From contig JAGCPA010000092.1 in NCBI GenBank assembly GCA_017642445.1, positions 1,655 through 65,654 on the forward strand: 64,000 nt of DNA, in the 5' to 3' direction. Positions 30,547 through 40,641 of this stretch are shown in pieces. Under the pieces are notes generated by a model. It made no database searches. It worked only from the letters and a program-made list of their open reading frames with translations, and was not told the origin of the DNA. The position numbers and the translations under genes were made by a program. Numbering within the stretch: position 1 is the first letter of the stretch; the number at the start of each line of letters is the position of its first letter. The DNA is from Spirochaetia bacterium. GTDB taxonomy: Bacteria; Spirochaetota; Spirochaetia; CADAEX01.

Positions 30547-31338
30547 ATGAAAACATTGATTCTTGCCGGTGGTTTAGGGAGTCGATTGGGAGAAGAAACA
30601 CAGAGAATTCCCAAGCCTATGGTTGAAATAGGTAATTACCCGATTCTTTGGCATATAATGAAAATCTACAGTCACTATGGCTTTAACGATTTCATTATTC
30701 TGACTGGGTATAAAGGTCATGTTATAAAAGACTTCTTCTTGAATTATTACAATCGTTATTCTGACATCACCATTGATATGTCGAACAATGATGTTCAGAT
30801 TCACAAAATGCGGACCGAGCCATGGACCGTGACCATGCTTTACACTGGGCAGACAACTATGACAGGTGGCAGAATTAAAGCGGCCCAGAGATATATTGGA
30901 AACGAACCATTTATGCTTACCTATGGTGATGGTGTTGCGGATATAGATATTGGAAAGCTTATAGAATGCCATGAAAAATCTAATAAACTTGTTACTTTGA
31001 CTGCAGTTCAGCCTTCTGGTCGGTTTGGGGCATTGGATATCGTTGATGACAACAAAATAAAAAACTTCAAAGAAAAACCCACAGGGGATGGCAATTGGAT
31101 AAACGGCGGATTCTTCGTATGTGATAATAAGGCTTTTGACTATATCAAAGAAAATGACCCAACTGTCATTTGGGAAAAAGAGCCACTTCAGAGCTTGGCA
31201 AAGGATGGGCAGCTCAATGCCTATAAGCATTCTGGATTTTGGCATCCTATGGATATGCTTAAAGATAAACAAGAATTAACAGAACTTTGGGTAAACCACA
31301 AGGCTCCTTGGATGATATGGAATCAGTGGCAGAAATAA
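30547..31338 (+). CDS. rfbF: Glucose-1-phosphate cytidylyltransferase
   Basis: LAGGLGSR, PKPMVEIG, TGGRIK, TYGDG, WINGGFF. Confidence 0.95.
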   Translation: MKTLILAGGLGSRLGEETQRIPKPMVEIGNYPILWHIMKIYSHYGFNDFIILTGYKGHVIKDFFLNYYNRYSDITIDMSNNDVQIHKMRTEPWTVTMLYTGQTTMTGGRIKAAQRYIGNEPFMLTYGDGVADIDIGKLIECHEKSNKLVTLTAVQPSGRFGALDIVDDNKIKNFKEKPTGDGNWINGGFFVCDNKAFDYIKENDPTVIWEKEPLQSLAKDGQLNAYKHSGFWHPMDMLKDKQELTELWVNHKAPWMIWNQWQK

Positions 31339-32399
31339 GTTCTTTTTACAATAATAAAAGAGTTTTCATCACTGGACATACCGGTTTTAAGGGAACTTGG
31401 CTTACTAGAATCCTGATGATGTTCGGAGCAGATGTTGTTGGATATTCTTTAGAGCCACCAACAAACCCCTCTCTCTTTAATCAGACTAGGACGGGTAATC
31501 AGATTCATTCAGTTATTGGTGATGTAAGGGACAGAGCCAAACTGACCACAGTAATGCAAGAAGCTCGACCTGATATAGTCCTGCATCTTGCCGCTCAACC
31601 TATTGTTAGAACATCATATAAAGAACCAGTCTTAACATACGAAACTAATGTTATGGGAACAGTTAATGTTCTAGAAGCTGTCAGAGAGGTAAAAAGCATA
31701 AGATCCGTTGTCAATGTTACTACCGATAAGGTCTATCTAAACAGAGAAAGAGAAGCAGGATATAGAGAAGATGAAGAACTTTGCGGTTACGATCCTTATT
31801 CTAATAGTAAAAGCTGTAGTGAACTTGTGACATATAGCTATAGAAATTCCTTTTTTGCTGACAAAAGTGCTCCCGCAATATCTACGGCACGGAGCGGCAA
31901 TGTGATTGGCGGTGGAGATTATGCAGCTGATAGAATAATCCCAGATTGCATACGAGCCGTAGAGCAAGGACAACCAATAATGTTACGTAACCCGAATTCA
32001 ACAAGACCTTATCAGCATGTTCTGGAATGCCTTAGAGGATATCTAATACTTGCCCAAAAACAATATCTGGATAAAACAATTACTGGTGCCTATAACTTTG
32101 GACCTGATGATGAAAGTTGCGTTACCACAGGAGAGTTAGCAACTTTGTTTTGTGATAAATGGGGTGATGGGGTATATTGGGAAAGCAAAAAGGAACTCTT
32201 CCCCCCCCCCTATGAAGCAACTTTCTTGAAATTGGACAACACAAAGGCAAAAAAGATCTTGAATTGGTTTCCAAAGTGGGATATTAAAATAGCGGTTGAA
32301 AAAACAATTGAGTGGGAAAAAGCCGTAAAAAAGGGTATTAGTGCTGCTGAAATCACAGACAACCAAATAAAAGAATATTTAATTTATCTTTATGAATAA
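31317..32399 (+). CDS. rfbG: CDP-glucose 4,6-dehydratase
   Basis: TGHTGFKG, HLAAQP, TTDKVY, YSNSK, GNVIGGGD, HVLE. Confidence 0.95.
   Translation: MESVAEISSFYNNKRVFITGHTGFKGTWLTRILMMFGADVVGYSLEPPTNPSLFNQTRTGNQIHSVIGDVRDRAKLTTVMQEARPDIVLHLAAQPIVRTSYKEPVLTYETNVMGTVNVLEAVREVKSIRSVVNVTTDKVYLNREREAGYREDEELCGYDPYSNSKSCSELVTYSYRNSFFADKSAPAISTARSGNVIGGGDYAADRIIPDCIRAVEQGQPIMLRNPNSTRPYQHVLECLRGYLILAQKQYLDKTITGAYNFGPDDESCVTTGELATLFCDKWGDGVYWESKKELFPPPYEATFLKLDNTKAKKILNWFPKWDIKIAVEKTIEWEKAVKKGISAAEITDNQIKEYLIYLYE
32201..32210 (+). repeat. C10 homopolymer tract within rfbG
   Basis: Ten consecutive C in AT-rich DNA, currently in frame (FPPPY). Confidence 0.85.
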
Positions 32400-33420
32400 T
32401 ATTAAATTATTAGACTGCACATTACGCGATGGAGGATTAGGTCTTGATGATATCCAACAGTATGGTTATTCTTGTTCTTTTACGGCCAATCAAATAAGTA
32501 CAATTTATAATAATCTACTTGAATCTAATGCAGATTTAATTGAATGTGGTTCAATAGAAATATCAGATAACGATAAAACAAAATTTGCAATTTATAAAAA
32601 TATTGAAAATATTTCAAAAGGCGCAATTCCATTATCTAAAAGGCGCGTAGCTTTATATCGGGGACCCGATACACCAATTGAAGATATTCCGCGTTGGACT
32701 AAAAGCCTAATTAAAAATATTCGTGTAATTATTCGCTATTCGGAACTAGAAAAATCCATGCTTTTCTGTAGGGACTTGGCTGCAAAGGGATATAATGTTT
32801 TTATACAACCCATGGTAACAGCTCGTTATACTGATAAAGAAATCAAATATATGATATCAATGGCAAATGAAATGAAAGCTTTTGCTATCTATTTTGTTGA
32901 TAGCTATGGATATTTGACCTATAATGAAATAAAAAAATATTTTAACTTATATAATAAATATTTAAAAAATACTATTTATATTGGTTTTCATGCTCATAAT
33001 AATATCAATATGGCATTTGCAAATGCACAATTTTTTATTGGTTTAGCTCGCAAAGAAAACCGTAAGGCTATCATTGATTCATCCTGCTTTGGAATGGGAC
33101 AAGGGGCTGGAAATTTACAAACAGAACTCATATCAAATTATTTAAATAAAGAAGTAGGGACCAAATATAAGATAGATAAAATTTTAACAGTATGTGATCT
33201 GCTTGAACCATTATATAAATTACAGATCTGGGGATATTCTCCAATGTATCTTATTCCAGCCCAAAATAGGGCCGCATATAAGTTTTCAGTAGCGCTGCGC
33301 AAGAGGTATAATTATTCATATCCAGATATTTCTGAGTGTCTTAAGGATATTCCAGATGTATTAAGGCATCGTTATTCCAAAGAGAATCTAAATGCTTTGT
33401 TTAAATTGAGATCAGAATAA
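32392..33420 (+). CDS. DRE-TIM (4-hydroxy-2-oxovalerate aldolase-like) enzyme
   Basis: DCTLRDGG, VDSYG, GFHAHNN, GMGQGAGN. Confidence 0.82.
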   Translation: MNNIKLLDCTLRDGGLGLDDIQQYGYSCSFTANQISTIYNNLLESNADLIECGSIEISDNDKTKFAIYKNIENISKGAIPLSKRRVALYRGPDTPIEDIPRWTKSLIKNIRVIIRYSELEKSMLFCRDLAAKGYNVFIQPMVTARYTDKEIKYMISMANEMKAFAIYFVDSYGYLTYNEIKKYFNLYNKYLKNTIYIGFHAHNNINMAFANAQFFIGLARKENRKAIIDSSCFGMGQGAGNLQTELISNYLNKEVGTKYKIDKILTVCDLLEPLYKLQIWGYSPMYLIPAQNRAAYKFSVALRKRYNYSYPDISECLKDIPDVLRHRYSKENLNALFKLRSE

Positions 33421-33422
33421 AG

Positions 33423-34367
33423 ATGAATATAGTTTCAACCGTTCAATTGTCAGATGAAAATATTGAATATATTTACTCAAAAACCCATGAAAGAGTTTCT
33501 TATATTGATAAAATGATATCCTCTCTAATGTCGATTGAAAACATAGAAATACTTCTTGCCCGTGATAGAGATATAACTATTTCACTTTTGGAAGAAATGA
33601 TTTCGCTAAAAATGATTTTCATAGTTAGTACAGGTGTTGAAAAAATACCATTTAAATATTTGCAAGAAAGAAATATTATGGTTGCTAATACGACAGGGGT
33701 AAGCGAAGAGGCGATGTCTAATTATGTAATTGGGGCATTGCTAAGCTTTTCAAGTAATTTTCTAAATTGTTTTCACTATAAAAATCAGCGGCATTGGCAG
33801 AAATATTTATGTACAGAACCATTGGTAGAAAAAAAATTATTAATTTGTGGCGCTGGAAAAATAGGTAGAAAAATAGCAGAAAAGGCGAAAGCTTTTAAAA
33901 TACGAACAATTGGTATTAAAACAAAAATTGAACAAGTTAGTTATTTTGATGAAATATACGATATGACAGCTTTCGAAAAACAACTTAGGGAAGCAGACTA
34001 TACCGTTTGTTGTTTGCCTTTAACAAAACAGACTTATAAACTTTTTAACGCCAATGTTTTTTCAATGATGAAACAAAGTTCTGTTTTTATTAATATATCG
34101 AGAGGTGGTCTTGTTGATGAAGATGCGCTAATTGTTGCCTTGGAGGATAATCAAATAAAAGGGGCTGTTCTTGATGTATTTGAAACAGAACCTTTGCCCA
34201 AAGAAAGCAAATTATGGGATTTAGATAATGTCATATTAACACCACATTCTAGCGGAAGAATACATAATTTTTTAGATTATTCAATTCATTGTTTTTGTAA
34301 CAACTTAATATCTTATAAAACGACTGGCAGGCTTGTTTCTCCCATTGATTTAGACAAGGGGTATTGA
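33423..34367 (+). CDS. D-isomer-specific 2-hydroxyacid dehydrogenase
   Basis: GAGKIG, INISRG, LDVFETEP, TPHSSG. Confidence 0.9.
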   Translation: MNIVSTVQLSDENIEYIYSKTHERVSYIDKMISSLMSIENIEILLARDRDITISLLEEMISLKMIFIVSTGVEKIPFKYLQERNIMVANTTGVSEEAMSNYVIGALLSFSSNFLNCFHYKNQRHWQKYLCTEPLVEKKLLICGAGKIGRKIAEKAKAFKIRTIGIKTKIEQVSYFDEIYDMTAFEKQLREADYTVCCLPLTKQTYKLFNANVFSMMKQSSVFINISRGGLVDEDALIVALEDNQIKGAVLDVFETEPLPKESKLWDLDNVILTPHSSGRIHNFLDYSIHCFCNNLISYKTTGRLVSPIDLDKGY

Positions 34368-35446
34368 TTTTGGAAGAGCAACGCTTAGATTGGATTGATA
34401 TGTCAAAAGGAATCGGAATAATTCTTGTTGTTTTAGGGCATTGTTTTAACAAAGGAAATCCTATCCATAATTGGATTTTTAGTTTTCATATGCCACTTTT
34501 TTTTATTCTTTCTGGTTTCTGTTTCCATATTGAAAAATATCCCGAGTTTAACATATTGTTAAGAAAAAAGATTTCAAGACTTATCGTTCCTTTCATAAAG
34601 TTTTGGGTGTTAGCATTGTTCGTGTCGCTTCTAATTCCATATATGCGAAAAGATATCACTTTAAGTACAGTGCTAACTGTGTTATATACAGGGTGGCCTG
34701 GTCCAATTCATATGGGATCAATATGGTATTTATTAAGCCTTTTCATATGTATGTGTGCCTTTTGGATATTAACTAGAATAGAAACAGAGTTGAAGCTAAA
34801 AAAAATTGTTGTTGTTATGATTATTTTAAGCGGATTATTGGGATGTATTATCAGCAAGCTTAAATCACAATTCTATGATACAGGTCGGGTTGCAGAAGAA
34901 TTTCATTATTTTTTACCAGGTAATAGGTTACCTTTAACAATTGACGCTACATTTACATCAATTGTCTTTTTTTATATTGGGGTTTTGTTGCAAAAGAAAG
35001 AATTATTAATATTTAATTTAGATAATTATTTGATAAAAATTGGTATAGGAATTGTAATAAGCATTATAGTATCACTTTTCCTAAATTCAAGAGTTAATTT
35101 ACATGGGTGTACATTGGGGAATTGTTTCTACTTTTATTTAGCCGCCCTTGCTGGAAGTTTTGTGGTAATGATTTTTTCTCGAAAGATTTGTAAAAAAAAT
35201 TTTTTCAATTATATTAAATCTTGTTTCATTTTTTTGGGGAAAAACAGCCTTTTAATGCTCGGCGTACAGTCGTTGGGAATAAATATATATGTATCAACAA
35301 TAAATCAAATCTTAAATAAAAACTATATATTGTTTGAAACAGTGCCTGTAAAACATGGTGTGATTATGTTTTTTGTAGTCACATTGATTTTTTTCCCAAT
35401 ATTATACGTGTTAAATAAAAGGTTGCCAGAGTCTATAAAAATATGA
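34364..35446 (+). CDS. Acyltransferase-3 family membrane O-acyltransferase
   Basis: WIDMSKGIGIILVVLGH, SFHMPLFFILSG, WYL; multi-TM. Confidence 0.88.
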   Translation: MILEEQRLDWIDMSKGIGIILVVLGHCFNKGNPIHNWIFSFHMPLFFILSGFCFHIEKYPEFNILLRKKISRLIVPFIKFWVLALFVSLLIPYMRKDITLSTVLTVLYTGWPGPIHMGSIWYLLSLFICMCAFWILTRIETELKLKKIVVVMIILSGLLGCIISKLKSQFYDTGRVAEEFHYFLPGNRLPLTIDATFTSIVFFYIGVLLQKKELLIFNLDNYLIKIGIGIVISIIVSLFLNSRVNLHGCTLGNCFYFYLAALAGSFVVMIFSRKICKKNFFNYIKSCFIFLGKNSLLMLGVQSLGINIYVSTINQILNKNYILFETVPVKHGVIMFFVVTLIFFPILYVLNKRLPESIKI

Positions 35447-35485
35447 TTTATGGTTTCTAGCTATAAAATTATGGAGAAATATACC

Positions 35486-36421
35486 ATGAAGAAAGTATCT
35501 ATAGTTGTAGCATGTTACAATGAAGAAAAAAATGTAATTCCATTAGTTGCTTCAATTAAGAAACTGTTTTCCGAAAAACTTTACAATTATGCTTATGAAA
35601 TTATATTTATAGACAATGATTCTACAGATAATACACAGCAGCAAATAATTGCATTGTGCCAAGGAGATAAATGTATTAAGGCAATTTTCAATTCTCGCAA
35701 TTTCGGATCAATCCGCTCGTCAGTTTATGGTTTATTAAATGCTTCTGGGGATTGCGTTATTAAGATGTGTGCTGACTTTGAAGATCCTCCAGAGTTAATA
35801 GTGAATTTTGTAAATGAATGGGAAAAGGGAAGCAAAATAGTTTTAGGTATAAAAAACAAAACAAAAGAAAAGTTTCCAATGTCATTTATTCGTACAGTTT
35901 ATTATAAATTTATAAAAAAAATTACAGATATTAATCATATTGATAATTTTGTTGGATATGGGCTTTACGATAAAAAGTTTATAGATATAGTGAGAGAATT
36001 AAAGGATCCTATGCCTTATTTTAGAGGAATTGTGGCGGAACTTGGATTTAAACATAAAACAGTATTTTATACACGACCTGTGCGAAAATGTGGTAAAAGC
36101 AAATATAACTTTTATAGATTATATGACTATGCAATGCTTGGTATAACAGCATATTCTAAGATTCCGTTGCGCATTCTTTGTTTTATAGGTGGAATATGTG
36201 CTTTGGGCAGTATTTTTACAGCTTTTGGTTATACTGTGTATAAAATATTTAATTGGCATAGTTTTTCTATGGGGATGGCTCCTGTTATAATAGGAATATA
36301 TTTTCTTGGATCAATGCAATTGTTATTTCTTGGAATTATGGGTGAATATATTCTTAACATTAATACACGAGTGTTAAATAGGCCGCTTATAACTGAAGAG
36401 CGGAGAATTAATTTTGAATAA
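35486..36421 (+). CDS. GtrB-like GT2 polyprenyl-phosphate glycosyltransferase
   Basis: YNEE, DNDSTD, SRNFG, ADFEDPP, two C-terminal TMs, GIMGEY. Confidence 0.9.
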   Translation: MKKVSIVVACYNEEKNVIPLVASIKKLFSEKLYNYAYEIIFIDNDSTDNTQQQIIALCQGDKCIKAIFNSRNFGSIRSSVYGLLNASGDCVIKMCADFEDPPELIVNFVNEWEKGSKIVLGIKNKTKEKFPMSFIRTVYYKFIKKITDINHIDNFVGYGLYDKKFIDIVRELKDPMPYFRGIVAELGFKHKTVFYTRPVRKCGKSKYNFYRLYDYAMLGITAYSKIPLRILCFIGGICALGSIFTAFGYTVYKIFNWHSFSMGMAPVIIGIYFLGSMQLLFLGIMGEYILNINTRVLNRPLITEERRINFE

Positions 36422-36839
36422 TAGAATAGCAAGATATATACAGTTTATAAAATTTGGGCTGGTTGGCATCTCTAATACAATTGTTTTTTATATTACCTAT
36501 TGCTTGCTTATTTTTTTAGGTTTTCATTATCTTATAGCAAGTCTTTTAGGTTTTCTTTTTGGTGTGTTAAATTCATTTTATTTTAATAATAAATTTGTTT
36601 TTAAAAAAGGAAAATTAGAAGCACGTAATCCGTGGTTAGTACTAATAAAAACACTTATTTCATATGGTCTAACAAGTTATGTAATTGGCAGTATTTTATT
36701 AGTGCTGTTTATTGAAGGTTTGGGAATATCTAAATATATTGCTCCTTTTTTAGGTTTGATGGTAAAAATTCCATTAAATTTTATTTTAAATAAAAACTGG
36801 GCATATAAATCTTCTAAAATGGAGGAAAAATCAGACTAA
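36414..36839 (+). CDS. GtrA-like flippase
   Basis: QFIKFGLVG, NSFYFNNKFVF, NFILNKNW; 4 TMs. Confidence 0.88.
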   Translation: MNNRIARYIQFIKFGLVGISNTIVFYITYCLLIFLGFHYLIASLLGFLFGVLNSFYFNNKFVFKKGKLEARNPWLVLIKTLISYGLTSYVIGSILLVLFIEGLGISKYIAPFLGLMVKIPLNFILNKNWAYKSSKMEEKSD

Positions 36840-36840
36840 A

Positions 36841-37587
36841 ATGGCAATAAAAAGTTTTAATGAAATCGCAGAAATATATGATAAGAACTTGGAAGAACTT
36901 CTTGGTAAGTATATGAAGGGAGGAACAGAAAAGTATGCGGAATATAAAGTGCAACTAATTCATAACCTGCTGAAAACACATAATATTAATTCCATTCTTG
37001 ATTTTGGATGTGGAGTAGGTCGGAGTTTAAAATACTTGACGAAATACTATCCTCAAGCAGAACTTTGGGGATGTGATATTGCAGATGAAGAATTGCAAAT
37101 TGCAAAAAAAATTTTTCCAAAAGTTTCTTTTTTTAATAATGGATATTTAGAAGAATTCTCTAGCGGAGAAAAAAGTTTTGACTTGATTTTTACATCATGC
37201 GTTATGCATCATATTAACCCAACGGAAAGAAAAGCGTGGGTCAAGGCTGTATTGAATAGATTGAATAAAGGAGGATATTGGGCTATTTTTGAGCATAATT
37301 TGATTAATCCCTATACGAAAAAAATTGTCATAGATAAAGATAATAAGTCTGATGATATCAATTGGATGTTTTCAAGAAAAAAGCTAATAAAGCTGTTTGA
37401 GGGTATAACAGATGTAAATATTTTTTGGCAAGGTTATACATTATTTTTCCCTTTTAGATTTACATCAATACAGTACCATGAAAATAGTTACGACTTTTCT
37501 TATTTTTTAACTAATTGCGAACGTCTCTTTAAATGGTGTCCTTTGGGTGCCCAGCAATGTATTATTGTGAAAAACAAGGGAGAATAA
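36841..37587 (+). CDS. Class I SAM-dependent methyltransferase
   Basis: ILDFGCGVG, FDLIF, MHHI. Confidence 0.88.
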   Translation: MAIKSFNEIAEIYDKNLEELLGKYMKGGTEKYAEYKVQLIHNLLKTHNINSILDFGCGVGRSLKYLTKYYPQAELWGCDIADEELQIAKKIFPKVSFFNNGYLEEFSSGEKSFDLIFTSCVMHHINPTERKAWVKAVLNRLNKGGYWAIFEHNLINPYTKKIVIDKDNKSDDINWMFSRKKLIKLFEGITDVNIFWQGYTLFFPFRFTSIQYHENSYDFSYFLTNCERLFKWCPLGAQQCIIVKNKGE

Positions 37588-37592
37588 CAAAA

Positions 37593-38978
37593 ATGACAAA
37601 AATATTCGCAATAATGGTTTTTGTTTTCTTAGTTGCTATATTGGCCATATTGTTCTTTGGTAAAAGATATGCATTTTTTCTCTTGAAAATAGGTATGGCA
37701 ACAAAAGATAAAATTTTTATCATTATTTTTCTATCTTTAACTTTTTTTTCTCTATTTCAATTATCTTTTGGAGATAAATATGGCTATTATTTTTTTGTAA
37801 ACCCAAACCCCTCCTATGAACTTCCCAGTAACACAAAAAGTGATTTGTATGTTTCTATAATCGATGAATCAGGTGGCAAATGGGGAGAAAAAATGATGAA
37901 GACTTATCCGCCTCTTGCAACCTTTCCATATCAAGTTCTTGCAAAAATGCTTCCATATGAGCTTGTGAAAAACGATAGAACTCGTAACTGGGAGAAAACA
38001 ATAATCTTGAGAGATACAATGCCTGGCTCGGTTATAGGTATTGTAAATAATTTGTTGTTTATACTTCCATTTGTTTTAATTTGTGTTTTTTTCATCCAAG
38101 GGGATAAAATACGAAAAATACTTTATACGAGTTTGCTTTCTATTTCTGGTGTAATGATCTGGGTTCTTGAACGAGGCAACTTAATTAGTTATTCTTTTCT
38201 TTTTCTCTTGTTATTTGTTATTTTATATGAGAATGGCAAAACAAGATCTTTAAAATTAGTTTCGTATTTTTTTCTTGCAATTTCCGCAAATTTAAAAATA
38301 TATCCAGCATGTTTTGGGATGCTTTTACTTATCAAAAAAGATTATAGGGGGGTTGCTTATTCAATTGTCATTTCAATAATTATTTATATTCTATCTTTCT
38401 TTTTGTGTGGATATGCCCCCTCTGAGTTCGGAAGAAATTTCTTAAATGTATTTTCTTATAGTGATTCATACACAGCTTTTCTTAACAATTATAATTTTTC
38501 TGCTAGAAACTTCTTGGCACTTCTAAATTATTTATTAGTAAAAATAGCAGGAAAGTTTCAATTGTTAGATTTGCATAACTTTATTTTTATTGCGTTCACT
38601 TTTTTAGAGTTTTTTATAGGATTATTCATTTCTTGGTACTCTTCATTATTCTGGAAAAGGCTGGCAGGACTTTCGTTGCTTTGTATACTTGTTCCAGTAA
38701 TGTCATGGCAGTATGCTTTAATTTTTCTGTTTATTCCATTACTTTATTTTATCAATGATTATGACGATTCTAAGTCAAGCAGGTTTTATGCGGTTTTATT
38801 TGCAATTATTATTTCTTTTTTGATAATCCCCATCAGCGCTTCATTGCAAAAACAACCTCTGACAGCTAATTTTGTGGTTCAGGATTTTGCGGTACAGTTC
38901 TTAATGCTTACGCTCTTTTTAGAATCATTACATAATTATTGGGAACAAAGGTCTTTAGCAAATAAAAAAATAATCTAA
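37593..38978 (+). CDS. GT-C membrane glycosyltransferase (GT87/DUF2029-like, GtrC role)
   Basis: YPP, ERGN, LKIYP motifs in a multi-TM protein. Confidence 0.72.
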   Translation: MTKIFAIMVFVFLVAILAILFFGKRYAFFLLKIGMATKDKIFIIIFLSLTFFSLFQLSFGDKYGYYFFVNPNPSYELPSNTKSDLYVSIIDESGGKWGEKMMKTYPPLATFPYQVLAKMLPYELVKNDRTRNWEKTIILRDTMPGSVIGIVNNLLFILPFVLICVFFIQGDKIRKILYTSLLSISGVMIWVLERGNLISYSFLFLLLFVILYENGKTRSLKLVSYFFLAISANLKIYPACFGMLLLIKKDYRGVAYSIVISIIIYILSFFLCGYAPSEFGRNFLNVFSYSDSYTAFLNNYNFSARNFLALLNYLLVKIAGKFQLLDLHNFIFIAFTFLEFFIGLFISWYSSLFWKRLAGLSLLCILVPVMSWQYALIFLFIPLLYFINDYDDSKSSRFYAVLFAIIISFLIIPISASLQKQPLTANFVVQDFAVQFLMLTLFLESLHNYWEQRSLANKKII

Positions 38979-39035
38979 GGGATTCAAGAATTAAAAAATG
39001 TAAATTTATTATAACGAGACAAAAGGGTATATTAT

Positions 39036-39836
39036 ATGGATAAATTACAGAAAATGATAAAAGGAGCTGTGAAAAACACTTATAGCTATAGGGGTTTATT
39101 AAAGCAGCTTGTAACACGAGATTTAAAGCTAAAATACAGAAGAAGTGTATTGGGATATCTGTGGAGTGTTCTAAACCCATTGTTGACAATGCTTATAATG
39201 ACTATTGTTTTTTCCCATATGTTTCGTTTTCAGATAGTTAATTATCCCGTATATTTGCTTTGTGGTAATATTATATTTGGTGTATTCAGTTCAACAACAA
39301 TCAAAAGCTGTCATGCTGTTTTGGATAATGCTGCTTTGATAAAAAAAGTATACTTACCCAAGTATATTTTTGTATTCAGCCGAGTCACAAGCGGTTTTGT
39401 AGATTTTTTATTTTCATTTGCTGCATTAATATTTGTTTTATTGATTACTAAATCAAAATTTAGTTTATATAATTTATTATTCTTTATTCCATGCATTGAA
39501 ATCTATTTGTTTAGTCTAGGGATGAGTTTGTTTCTTGCCCAGGCAAATGTTTTTTTCCGTGATATACAGTATTTATATGGTGTTTTTTGTACTGCGTTAA
39601 ATTATTTATGCGTTTTGTTTTATCCTATTGAAGCATTGCCGACAAATGTCCGTTTTTTTGTTGAGAACTTTAACCCTATTTATCTTTACATTACAATGTT
39701 TAGGCAATGTGTTCACTTAAATGTTCTAATTAGTCCTCAGATGGTCTTAAGAGGTTTACTTTGGGCATTATGTATGTTTGTTTTTGGGATTTTTTGTTTT
39801 AAACGAAGTCAAGAAAAATTTATTCTTTATATATAA
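39036..39836 (+). CDS. wzm: Polysaccharide ABC exporter permease
   Basis: RDLKLKYRRSVLGYLWSVLNP, FRDI, NP motif. Confidence 0.92.
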   Translation: MDKLQKMIKGAVKNTYSYRGLLKQLVTRDLKLKYRRSVLGYLWSVLNPLLTMLIMTIVFSHMFRFQIVNYPVYLLCGNIIFGVFSSTTIKSCHAVLDNAALIKKVYLPKYIFVFSRVTSGFVDFLFSFAALIFVLLITKSKFSLYNLLFFIPCIEIYLFSLGMSLFLAQANVFFRDIQYLYGVFCTALNYLCVLFYPIEALPTNVRFFVENFNPIYLYITMFRQCVHLNVLISPQMVLRGLLWALCMFVFGIFCFKRSQEKFILYI

Positions 39837-39864
39837 GAAATAGAATAGGCAGGGAGATAAAAGA

Positions 39865-40605
39865 TTGCAGTTAGAAGAGGAGCTAATAGTCGAAGTAAAT
39901 AATGTCTTTATTCAGTTTAATATGGCGACAGAACGAGTGAGTCATCTTAAAGAATATGTTATAAAACTTTTAAAACACCAGCTTTTATTCCAGAAATTTG
40001 AAGCCTTAAAGGGAATAACTTTTAATGTGAAAAAAGGAGAGGCTTGGGGGATTGTTGGGGCAAATGGATCTGGTAAATCCACCTTATTAAAAACTATAAG
40101 TGGTATTTTAAAACCATATAAAGGAAATGTAAAAATAAAAGGTACTGTTTCTCCATTGATAGAACTTGGCGCTGGTTTTGATGGGGAAATGACAGCCCGC
40201 GAAAATATTTTTCTTAATGGGTGCGTTCTTGGTTACACAGAAGAGTTCCTTAAAGAAAAGTTTGATGAGATTGTTGATTTTGCAGAAGTTAGAGAATTTC
40301 TTGATGTACCATTAAAAAATTTTTCAAGTGGTATGGCGGCACGCCTGGGGTTCGCAATTGCGACAACAGTTAAACCAGATATATTGATATGCGACGAGGT
40401 TCTTGCTGTTGGTGATTTTAAGTTCCAGGAAAAATGTGAAAAACGAATGAATGATCTTTTAAGCGGCGGAACAACCTTACTTTTTGTGTCTCATTCTATC
40501 GAACAAGTTAAGCGTATGTGCAAAAAAGCTATTTGGCTTGATCACGGCGAGATGAAAATGATTGGTGAAGCCGATGAGGTTTGTGACTTATATTCAAAAA
40601 GCTAA
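39865..40605 (+). CDS. wzt: Polysaccharide ABC exporter ATPase, short form without C-terminal CBM
   Basis: GANGSGKST, FSSGM, DEVLAVGD, VSH; 246 aa. Confidence 0.92.
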   Translation: MQLEEELIVEVNNVFIQFNMATERVSHLKEYVIKLLKHQLLFQKFEALKGITFNVKKGEAWGIVGANGSGKSTLLKTISGILKPYKGNVKIKGTVSPLIELGAGFDGEMTARENIFLNGCVLGYTEEFLKEKFDEIVDFAEVREFLDVPLKNFSSGMAARLGFAIATTVKPDILICDEVLAVGDFKFQEKCEKRMNDLLSGGTTLLFVSHSIEQVKRMCKKAIWLDHGEMKMIGEADEVCDLYSKS

Positions 40606-40641
40606 TATAACATTATTCTAATAAAAAGCAGAAGGTAAAAT

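Noticed and set aside
30574-31272. 232-aa minus-strand ORF
   Set aside because: Antisense to rfbF, with no motif support
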